Part shown: piece after piece, positions 12,195 through 24,100 of the stretch
How positions within the stretch are numbered: the first letter of the stretch is position 1
Layout of the letters: each line of letters opens with the position of its first letter
Source of the DNA: Octopus bimaculoides
Taxonomy: Eukaryota
Direction: 5' to 3'
DNA length: 64,000 nucleotides
Assembly (NCBI RefSeq): GCF_001194135.2
Contig: NC_068983.1
Coordinates: forward strand, 124,037,742-124,101,741
Made by a program: the position numbers and the translations under genes
The notes under the pieces: model-generated
Told to the model about the DNA's origin: nothing
Databases searched by the model: none
Seen by the model: only the letters and a program-made list of their open reading frames with translations

Positions 12195-15100
12195 GTTCTA
12201 TACAAAGACTAAATAGGATGGTTTAGTAAAATGCTAGACAAGTATATAAAAAGGAAACATTTCTAAAAATTATTCTTTTGAATTTAAAAAAATGTTCACT
12301 TACCTTTATATTTACACAATATGGATGATAACACTGACCACATTGAGAGCAAATGATTACTCGGCTCTCTTCTCCAATGCCAATACTCCCACAAGTTTTA
12401 CAAATATCCTAGCAAAAGAACATTTTAAAATATCATCTAGATTTATTATGTAAAGTATTTTGAAATTAGAAATAAAGTTAAATAGATAGAAGGAAACCTA
12501 AATGATATTCTTTTTTTAATTCATGACACACAATAAAACTAATTCTGATAATTTACCAATCATATAGAAATAATTTTTTACATGAACAGTTTAAATTATT
12601 TGAAAAGAATAATGAAAGCTATCAACAGAAAAAAGTGATGGTTGAAAACAGAGAGTGCTGTGAATGTAGATAAAGGAAAATTCTCAATGGACTATCAACT
12701 GAAACACCTTTCCAATGTGCAATCTGCAAGATTGCATTATGTAGAGTAAGATACTTAACAAGTTTCCATGGCAGGAATATTTATGTCTATTTCTTATTTG
12801 ATTTTCATAAAGTACATTTCAAATTTACCTCATTTTATTTATTCTATTTGCTTGTAATTTTAATTAACCTGTATGAGGAGTGACAAATTTTATGAATCAT
12901 TACTGTGTTTGTATGTATATTTATTTCATTCTGCAAACATTATTCCAGTATTTTTGTTCTATTTTACCTTTATGGTGCATCTGTTTCATGTGCATTTTAG
13001 TTCAACTGAAAATTCAATCATGCGCACAATGTTAGACTAAAATGCAGCTGTAGAATCAGTTGTGTATTAGCTAATAATTCATTTTCTATGTAATTAGATT
13101 TGCTTTGAGAGAAAGACTAAGTAGTAGATTTAAGAATTTTTTGTTGTTCCAAAAACCAAATTCATTAGTCCAAAATCTAAAATAGTTATAGTCGCTTTAT
13201 CAAATTAATCTAAATTCATGATTATTTTAAGATTTAACTGAAGCAATTAGGATGTGTTAGGAAAGGGTTAAATCAGACAATTCTTTTTGTTTTCCATTCC
13301 TTAATTTTTAGTTTCCAAAATGTTAACCTCTATAATTTCTCTTCTCTATTGAATGTTTATATTATTATTAAGTAAACTTTTATTACTTCTGCTTAGTCAC
13401 ACAGAAGTAATAAACTTAATATAACCATTTAACAAGTTATGTTGTTTACTATGAGTTCACAACAAATTTTTCATTTCTTTTTAAAACACAATGCAATGAC
13501 TATGTATAAATTAGCTTACAAAATTAAAAGTATTAAAAATGTTACAAGAGAAGATTGAAAATAAATAATAAATATTCAATAAAAAACTGAAACAGAAATT
13601 AGATAAAACTAAATAAAGAAAATTATACTTTACAAGAAAAATGAACTGAGAGCAAAAAAATTATTTTTGTTTACCTGCTCTAGTACATATTCATCTTTAG
13701 AATTGGCAATAACTACAGTAGATGGATGATCATCAATTTCTCCATTATCCACTGCTGTAGGATAGAGTGACTACAAAGAAAAGAATGTTAATTATGTTAC
13801 CAAAGTAATATGTATAAATAAATACATTTCTCAAAAGATTGCACCACAAAAAAGTTGCAAGATATTTATATTATTTAGTCATAACACAAACTTCACATTT
13901 AAACCATATTTTTTTTATAATGAAAAATTGAAATGTTAAAGATTTTAAAATCATCACAAGTGTCTTAAATTATTGTGCTCAATAGCATTGTGACATATGA
14001 TAATTTTAATGAGTAAAATATAAAAGCAATAACATAATAACACAGCATGGTTGTGATAGAATTTTAAGTCACAACTTATAATCAATTAAATTTGTCACAT
14101 GGAAATTAAATTTACACAGTTAAAACTGATTAGTAAAATATGAACCTAAAGCAACTAATAAATGACTATAACACTTTAAATAAAGTAAATTTTTCTTTAC
14201 AAAATACGATTGTTTTAAGTTGCGTTAAAGAAAAGACATTCATCATTATTATTATTCAAAACAGGATCTCTCCTTATATCTCATCTATGAAACTCCAAAA
14301 TAAAATTGCTTTCTTCTTTTGCTCAAAATCTATCTTAAGTACCATTAATTTTTTTCATACCAGTCATCTCTCTCTCACATCTGTCAATGTCTTCAATACC
14401 CAACTGCTTCCATAAGTAACTATGGTCAAACTTTCTCCTAAGTTCATACTGCAACTTCAACACACACTCTATACTTGATTCATTCCTCTTTCAATCATTA
14501 TTTACTGCAAACCACTATTACATCTTTCAAATATATAATACACTCTAAAATTTCATGTTCTTGTGAAAAATATGTTTAAATTATAATTGAGTGACTACTT
14601 TTTAAATATATTGTTGGAAAGATCATGAATGCATTAATTCTTACAATTTATCTCTATGTGTAGATTTTCTTTTATTTACATATGCATTATTAAATAACAA
14701 TTTGCTTAACAGTAGAAAGAAATCCCTGCTGCAAACTGTAAAGTTAACTGCTGAATATTTCAAGTGATCTTATTTTAGTTATAGCTTTTAAAAAGCATAT
14801 TTCTCAACACATATCTAAACCTTAAAAAAAGTTAATCAAAAGAGAAAATAGAAAAAATTCTGCATTTATCAAATCATGAAACATTTTAGTTGTATTTACT
14901 TGATTCCCAACATTTTGACCAGTCTTCACTTTTGTTCTTGGACCTCGCCTTCTATCTCCAAGAGATGTAGGACGTTGACGTCGTCTTTCAGCAGCAATTG
15001 GACGTCCCTGAATAAAATATGTAAAGTATCATATTAGAATACAATTTTTTAATATACTCTACTAATTCAAAACCGATTACAAAAAAAATACAAGTCATTT

Positions 15101-15853
15101 ATAAATCAAAGAATATTAATGTTTATTTTAAAATAAAAAATTTGTATACTAGAAGGGGACTTTCAAACATATTTAACTTCAACTCCAAGCTTGACATTGA
15201 CAAGAAATTCCACTAGGTAGCCATTGCTAGTAAGATATTCTAGTTAAGCATAGCAAACCCATGTTAAAATTTATTAAGTCTATTTAGATGATATAGTATA
15301 CATATGTATTGACCAAACACATCTTGTAAAAATCATAATAAAAAATGTGGGGTTTCAATTTGTTCAAATAATTTCACCTTAACATCAATAAGGATGAACA
15401 GAGTTAATTTTATAAATTCCAATAATGACAGTGAAGACATACAAAAGTGTAATTCAGATGAATGTTTAAGTGAACTTTGTTAAAGTTTGATAAAGATTAG
15501 CAGAATGCAAAGAATAAATAAAGTATGAAAACAAAATCCAAAATTTACACGTGTCAGTATAATGTGTGCATTTGTAAATGCTTCTTCATAGACAAAAAAT
15601 TACAAGGTTGGCAGTTTTGTAAAAAGTAACCTGGTTGAGCTAATAAATTAATGTTTATTAGTAATGAACTGAAGAATAAGAAAATAAAAAATATTTAACA
15701 TAATCATTGGATGACTAATTACTAAATGAGTATTACATAAATATGAAATTGTAAAGAAACTAATTTATTTTCAGTATGAAATAGATTGGGTATAACAAAA
15801 GTTAGTTTCAACAATTATTTTAAGAAATATAATATTACACAGGATTTTTTTTT

Positions 15854-15887
<34 letters not shown>

Positions 15888-18144
15888 ATCAGTTAAGATC
15901 TAGATCTAATTTTTGTATGCTACCATGGATTGGACAGGTTTGCAATATAACATTTTGCTATGAAACTCAATCTTGCATCATTTCAGTAAGACTGTTCAAA
16001 CAAAGCATATTTCTACATATCACTGCTTTCAACCAGACTTATGCTTTTAAACCCAACATACATCATCCATTTGCATTACCTGTCTCCGATCCCCAAATAA
16101 CATTACATCAACTCTACTATTCTAACTCATACTCAAATTTTCACAAACCAAAAGTTCTCTAAAGCTTTAATTACAAAACAAATAATCCAAATATGAGATA
16201 ATAATAACTTGTTTTTCCTTTCATAGTCGAAATCAAATTCATAATATACTTTTATTGTAATTTAAAGAAAACATACTTTTGGCCTTCCAGCACCAATTTT
16301 CTTCCTGCCAACAGGATGCATCTTAATTCCTTTTGGTAAAATGTCAGGCTGCATTTTAGATGCTGTTTTAGTCCATGTTGACCCACTAGTCAAGGAAGTT
16401 AATTGCAGTGGAGATCCCTATAATCAATGATTAAAAGAAATTTATATATACATAGACACACAAAGCCTTAAAAGAAAAGCTTTCTGGAGATCAGCAGAGC
16501 ATTATGTACAACAATGCTGCCTGAAAGTCTGAGAGCAACATTAATAAGCAGAGCAGTCTATTGTAAACATGACATTTGTGTCACCTCTCATTTTAACGAG
16601 AGTATACCTTTCTAATTCAGGAGTAAGAAATATCTACCAAATATCTCATGTATAAAAAAAGTAGAGATAATAAGTAATGCATCCAGGCACAATAGATGTT
16701 GGCAATGTGTTATTAGTCTGGAAGATGTGATCCACATCTAGTACCTAGCCAAAAATGTCACTGAAGTAATATATCATAGCAAAAACACTATACAATATAT
16801 TTCAAAGAAGGTTAGTTCAAGAGATCAACACAAAATACTGATGGAATAAATTCAACACCAAATCTACAAAATACAAACATAAAGAGTGGCAATGAAGAAT
16901 GAACAAATGCCCTATTGTGAAATTTTGTTGTCCAGCAAATAGATATTTCAAAACAAAAAGAGTGTGTGTAGACTATATATANNNNNNNNNNTTTGTCAAC
17001 ATGAAATGGAAATGATTGACTTACAAATTACTAATTGAATCCATCAAATAAAGTAATAAATTATGCTAGATGTTGCAGAAGTTTAGCTTATAATTTTTAG
17101 AAGTTATTTACTATACAACTAAGTGACTGACAACACAATAATTAAATAGTTATCTAAATATTGAACACACACTTATACATATCCACACATACTTTTCTAA
17201 TTTTTCCATAGAATATACTGATATCATACTTTGAAAAGAACAGCTTACTTGTGTTGCTAATACCTTACTATTATGCTGAAGGGAGATTGCATGAAAGTTT
17301 AAAAAGCCAAGAAAACCCAAACAAGAGGTACATAGGAAAATGTTTAATGAATTTATAAATTAAGAGAAGGGACAGAGAGAGGTAGAACTTAAGATTATTA
17401 AACAGTTAACAAATGACATATGAAAAGGTGTTAATGTGAAGAACTAGATGGCTCCAGTACCAGCAAAGGAAATAAATAAGAAAGTACAAAGGAAAAGATA
17501 ACACTCTAGAATGTAGCACACATCATCATCATCATCATCATCATTTAATGTCCACCTTCCAAACTGGCATGGGTTGGACAGTTTGACAAGAACTGGCCAG
17601 GCAGGAGTCTGCACCAGACTTCTGTGTCTGTTTTGACAGGATTACAGAAATAGAGACATGAGGAAGAAAGTACATACAATGTATGTTGAATGGGTTCAAA
17701 CATGCGCTGGTGTGAGAGGATTATTAATTTATGTAGTAGCTACATTTAAGTGTGTATAGAGGAAGTGTTGAACTGGATCTAAAAATGGCATAAAGATGAA
17801 AGTACAGTTCTATATTTAAGAGATGAAGAATTATGTACATTATTTACATTTGACGGATATTTGTCCTCATCTTGTTTGTTAACACAACATTTCAGCTGAT
17901 ATACCCTCCATCCTTCATCAGGTGTCTTGGGGAAATTTCGAACCTGGGTTCTCATTCCTAAGGTATTTTTCGATGTTGTTATTATTATTATTTAGGTCAC
18001 TGCCTGGAATCGAACTCGGAACCTTGGAGTTAGTAGCCTGCGCTCTTAACCATTACACTATATGCCCATGGGCATATGGTGTAGTGGTTAAGAGCGCAGG
18101 CTACTAACCCCAAGATTCCAAGTTCAATTCCAGGCAGTGACCTA

Positions 18145-18176
<32 letters not shown>

Positions 18177-21100
18177 CAACAACAACAACATCGAAAAATA
18201 CCTTAGGAATGAGAACCCAGGTTCGAAATTTCCCCAAGAACCTGATGAAGGCTGGAGGGTATATCAGCCGAAACGTTGTCTTAACAACAAACAAGATGAG
18301 GATAAATATCCGTCAAATGTAAATAATGAAGATGAAAATAGTAAAATGTTTTGATACCAAGAAGATAAATTGAATGGAGAAGACTAATTAGCCTTAACAT
18401 CAATGGCTAGAATATAAGCAGATGGAAAAAGTTCAGAGAACTGAATGTCATTCAAATGAGTGGAGAGCATTACTGAAAGGAAAGGAATATGCTGCATATG
18501 TAAGATGGGTTATCATTTATGACATTTCTTACATATGAGTAATGAATGTAGAGTGCATAATAAGTTGGGAAAGAGAGAAGAGACTATTTCGGTAAATGAT
18601 CAAAGTATTGATGAGAAAGCAGAAGACAAAATATTACAGAAAATGGGGACAGAGTGAATGAAGACAGTTATGGAGAGAAATGGGATAAGATGACTGTGTT
18701 ATGTACTGCAGGAGAGGAGTGAGAGAAATGAATGTGGAAAGAAGTAGCAAAAGAAAACAAAAAGACAAAAGAAATACAGAAGGAAATGGGGACAACAGGA
18801 TTGATGAAAGAGGATGTAGAAGATAGGGCAAAATGAAGAAGACTATCATGCAGCCCACAAAGCTAAAATCAGCATTAGCAGGAAAAATTATACCTTACTC
18901 TCCCTCTTCTGATTTTTCTTATGCCTAATTTTTCTTTCAACTTTCTCATATATGCAATACTGACTTTGTGTATCCAGTGGAGCATGCTAGCTTCATTTCC
19001 TTCTAATCTTTTACATGTTCTCTACATTCACATTTCATTAGCATGTAGCATTGCTGTTTGTACACAAGCATCATACAATCTACCTTTCTTCCAGAGAGAG
19101 GAGCCTTTTGTTACCAACAGCAGTAATATCTCTCTCAACTTTATCTAGCCAGTTCATATTTAGTAACTACACTTTTAAAACCTTCTCCTCCACTGCTAAT
19201 TAGGTCACTTACGTAACAGAAACTGTCTACTATGCCTAAAGGATCCTCCTGGGCATTTGAGAAAATCTATTTCCAGTGTGCTCTTAGTATTTATTGCTCC
19301 TGTGCATCTACCACTAACATAGTCTACTATCTCAGTTAATCTTCCAGTGATTTTACTGCACCTTTTATGTGTCCATAGTTTGCACTGGATACATCATAAC
19401 AAATTACTACCTTTACTTTTTCTACCTATCAATCAGGATTATTTTCTTGAAGGGATGAGCAGACTATGTTTTCCTGCTCACTAGGACTTTGAGTTTTCTA
19501 AGTTAACTCTAAGGCCCTTTGTTTCAAGGTTTTGCTTCCACACCAGCAATTTCTTTTCTAATTTTACAACAAATTCAGTTATAAGAGCAAGGTCATCAGC
19601 AGAGAGGAGTTCTCACAGGCAACCAATCTTAAACTTTTTTGTTACAGCCTGGAGGACACTAATAAATAGGAGGGGACTAAGAGACAAGAACTAGCAGACT
19701 TCTGCCTGTACACTTAATGTCACTGTACTCATTTTGAACTCTCATCTTGCTGACAGCACCCTTGAACATGTCTTGGAAGGCTAACACCATTCATTCATCT
19801 ACTGCTAGCTTCTGCAGCAATCACTAGATCAAAGAGTGGAGAACCTTGTCAAAAGCTTTCTCCAGGTCAACAAAAGCCAAATACGGCAGTTCACTTTTGC
19901 CTGAAATTGCCTTACTTAGGAAGAGAATATTAGTGGAAATTATCTGTGGTATGAAACTGAACTGCATCTCATCTAGTCAAGTCCTCTTCCTTGAAGTTGA
20001 ACAATAACTCTTTCTGTAAGTTTCAAGACCTGGTCCGGCAATTTGATACAACTGTAATTACTCGTCTCTAAGGCATCACCTTTAACTTTGTAGTAGTTGA
20101 CTATAATGTTGCTACAGTCATTAACTATACAGGTGACTGGTAAGAGTTCTATACTAATTATCCCTGGCAGCATATGTGCTTCTCCCTTAACTTATCAGAA
20201 ATTACTGGGCTGGTGACGATCCTTTTAGGCTTGTCCTTCCACCTTTCATACCTCCCTAATTTTCTAAACTCGGCCATTTTTCAAATGCATCTTAATCACC
20301 TCACACCAAATCTATACTGAAACTGTGAGCAAAAACTTTGAAAATATCCTGCAATGGAGTCATGTCACCTTCAACAATAAAAAAAAACACAATCACTGCA
20401 CCTATCAAGAAAACATTACCACATCTCATACTCTTTAAATATGAACAGCAACTAAATCCCTAAAAATCAACTTGAAATGCTAGATCTTATTATTGCAGGA
20501 AAGATCTCTGCAAAAGGACATCCTCAACCTAGCAAAAACTACATCTCAAAAACTGGCCATTATCTTCAGAGCTAGAAAAATACTTCAGCCCCCAACAACC
20601 ACTGGCTCTCTACAAAACTCATAAGACTCACATTAGAGTAATGTCCCCATATCTGGTTCAAACCATTACACACACACACGAAGAAAGGTTACCCATTTAC
20701 AAACCCACTCCAATCTTTGGCCTTCTATTTACCTTTGCTACTAATAGTACACCAGTCTCTGTTCCTGATAACTAGCTAACCTTGTGCCACATCTACCCAG
20801 GGACTCCTGATTCAAACATCTCTTCTTTCTCCTCATCCATATTGTATCCAATCAACCAATATTGCCTGTCCATCCTGAGAACATCAACTATTCGGAACTC
20901 CCTTCATGCACGTGTGTTTACCACAGCCATACACTTGTGGCAGTTTAAGTGGAACATTACAAACATCAATCTCACTAGTCTCAAATGTTTGAAAAGTAAT
21001 GTGTGCTGCACCTAACTCCAGAGCAAAATATTGATAAAAAGTTTTTTAAAAGTGCCGTATGTAGTGAGAAGTACAACTAGCTTTATACAGAAGATCTGAG

Positions 21101-24100
21101 AAGATAATACATAAAAATAAAGATTTAAGTTCAATAAGTTTACTGTTAACATACTTTTTCCAGTGAGCTCATATCAATATCCATGCTTGAAGTTGAATCA
21201 TCATTCAAATAGAAAGAATCTTGTGAACTTTGCACTGTATTTTCTCCAGCCATATCTTCTTTCATAGAAGAAGAATCTCCATCTGAAAAATCGTATTTTT
21301 CATACAAACAAAATTCACATTTTTACAATCATTTTTGCAAAGAAAGTTACTGGAAAAGAAACATGCACTAATATTTCAGATAAAATACATAATTCACTCT
21401 GGTTCAACAAATCTTCAGGTGTATACAATGAAGTTTTTTTGCAGAGACTAAATAGAAAACCATGCAATAAGACTTGACTGGCATGCCTGAGGATTTTTTT
21501 TTTTTTTTACTGTTCAGACTACCAACTATTATAATCAGCATCACTGATTTTACTTTTTCTCATGCTGCTTTAAAGTTGGCTGAAACTCAAATACAATAAC
21601 CAGGTTCTTCAGTTAATGTTTAACTACATAATTGTAGCTATAGTCAAGAATGTGTATGTGTGTTATCAATAAATCAGTCAATAAAAAGATAAAACGGAAC
21701 AGAGAGGTAAGTCAAGCAAGCAGTTGAAATATCACAAGAATCTGTCCAAAATATTTGCAACATGCCAGTGCACTATATTAGTCTAAATGTAATCAACTTC
21801 ACTAATTAGAAGTTCATTTCTTGCCTGATACTCAAAGTACTAAATAAAGAATGAAGTGTGATATTTTATTTCATTCAGTCTTTCAAATAATTTATGCAAT
21901 AAATTAGATTTATTGATTGATAAGGAAAATATGTAAATAAATTAATACCTTTAGTCGATAATTCTTCAAACATTTCATCCTGACTTCGTATACCAATGCT
22001 GCACAGCTGTGAAAAGCAAATTAATATTATTTTTTTAGAATTAGTAATAATAATTAGAGTGATTAAAAGTCAAACCATTATCAAGCAAATGAAAAAGTAC
22101 CTCAGAATCTCGGTTTCGACATACTGTGCATACATAATCTGTCTGGCATTCATTGTCTTTAAAATGTAGTGAAAATGTACTATCTACAGTTTCAACACAT
22201 TCTACATGAACATACCTAAAAAGAAAAAAAACGACATATTAAAACAACTTGTAAATAATTATAATGTAAAAATACACAAGTAATAACAAATAAATTAAAA
22301 TGTTAATCAAATATCAAAAAACTTCATTCATAATATGAAATTAGCTTAAATAAAGTGAACTGGATTTTTTAATGTTAACACACAAATCTAATTTAAAATG
22401 CTAACACTGACCATTGAAAAAGGTAATTTGTTCAGTTCTATATTCAAGAGATGAGGAATTATGTACATTATTTACATTTGATGGATATTTGTCCTCATCT
22501 TGTTTGTTGTTAACACAACGTTTTGGCTGATATACCCTCCAGCCTTCATCAGGTGTCTTGGGGAAATTTNNNNNNNNNNGCTGATATACCCTCCAGCCTT
22601 CATCAGGTGTCTTGGGGAAATTTCAAACCTGGGTTCTCATTCCTAAGGTATTTTTCGATATTATTATTATTCAGGTCACTGCCTGGAATCAAACTCGGAA
22701 TCTTGGGGTTAGTAGCATATGGCATAGTGGTTAAGAGCGCAGGCTACTAACACCAGTTGCCGAGTTTGATTCCAGGCAGTGACCTTAACAACAAAAACAA
22801 CAACATCGAAAAATACCTTAGGAATGAGAACTCTGGTTCAAAATTTCCCCAAGACACATGATGAAAGCTGGAGGGTATATCAGCTGAAACGTTGTCTTAA
22901 CAGCAAACAAGATGAGGGCAAATTTCCGTCAAATGTAAATAATGTAAATAAAGGTAATTTGTTGACTAAATTTCTGGAAATTAAAATATTACAAAATTTT
23001 ACTCACTTCTGACATATTTTACACTGCAGCATTGTCTTTTGAGTAAAATGCCTATAAGCTTTTCCACAGAGAGGACAAGATAATCCTTTATTACGCTGTT
23101 GATAACAACTGTCACAAACGGAATAATTTAGGTGCCATCGAGAACTTGGTCCACTACCAGGTGTTCGTGAACCACAATCTCCACAAACTCGACAATTCTG
23201 AAAATAATATAATATTAAATGAAAATTTCTTTTTGTCTTAATTTTATTAATTTAGACCCATTTTCCATGCTAAAATGAGTGGTGGTTTTTCACATACTTA
23301 GATGTTTTGGGTCTTTTGAGAGGTTTATGTGTGTGATAGAAAAAAATGCTGTTAAACATACTTAATGTTCTACTTTCCAAGTACATGACATTAAAACATC
23401 TTTTCCATTGTGTGCAGGTGTATCGAGATGGAAGTAAAAAGAATCGAGATCTCTGCTCTCCTGCATTGCAGGCCACAAGTCCAACATTGCCAAACAGCTC
23501 AACATCAGCCAGATGACTCTCCACAGAGTCACAGAGAGGCTCAAGAACAGGAAAGACTTCAAGTTGTCAACCGTTTGGCTGTGAGAAAGGCCTTTGAAAG
23601 TGATCTGAAACTCAAAATGACTGTGCTTGTGAAGAACAACAATATCTCGGTGGTCACGATGTCCAAGCCCATCAAGGAGGTGGTCAGCAAGAGCTTGAGG
23701 TGCACAGAAAGGCTTCTGCTCACTGACTGTATGCAAGAACAACGTCGGGAGTGCTGTCATCATCTTCTCAACAACTTTAAGTGTCATGGCAATCAAATAC
23801 TCGTTTTTGCTTATGAAAAACCTTCATGATCAATCCAGTTGTCAACAAGCAGAACTACCGCATGGTCAGCTTTAGCCATGACATCTCTGAAGTCTGCTAT
23901 GCGTCCACGACCAAGCATCTGTCCTCCATGATGATGCTCAGTATCATGGCTTTGAATGGCGAGAAGATACCACCAGTGTGGTTCGCGGCTGGTTACAGGC
24001 TCACCACAGGGATATCTTGGCCACAGAAGTCCTGCCCTGGATGAGAAAGATCATGAAGAAGGCAGACATCTTTCAGCAGGATGGTACCCCGGCCCACATG

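Larger units (their letters stand above)
17805..18328. mobile_element. Palindromic tRNA/hammerhead retroelement (non-autonomous Penelope-like), copy 1
   Basis: Inverted arms of about 250 bp centred on TATGCCCA|TGGGCATA (18068/18069); TSD AAGATGAAA(G/A)TA at 17793-17804 and 18329-18340; second copy at 22433-22949. Confidence 0.85.

Noticed and set aside
17995-18142. Functional tRNA-Ser genes
   Set aside because: Acceptor stem and T-arm are degenerate, and the sequence is embedded in a repeated TSD-flanked element.
22570-22620. Tandem duplication of the hammerhead segment across the 10-N gap
   Set aside because: An exact overlap on both sides of a gap is typical of unmerged contig ends. A real tandem hammerhead cannot be excluded without long reads.
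17805-22949. CRISPR-like or other prokaryotic system
   Set aside because: No regularly spaced direct repeats with unique spacers; the window is spliced eukaryotic DNA.
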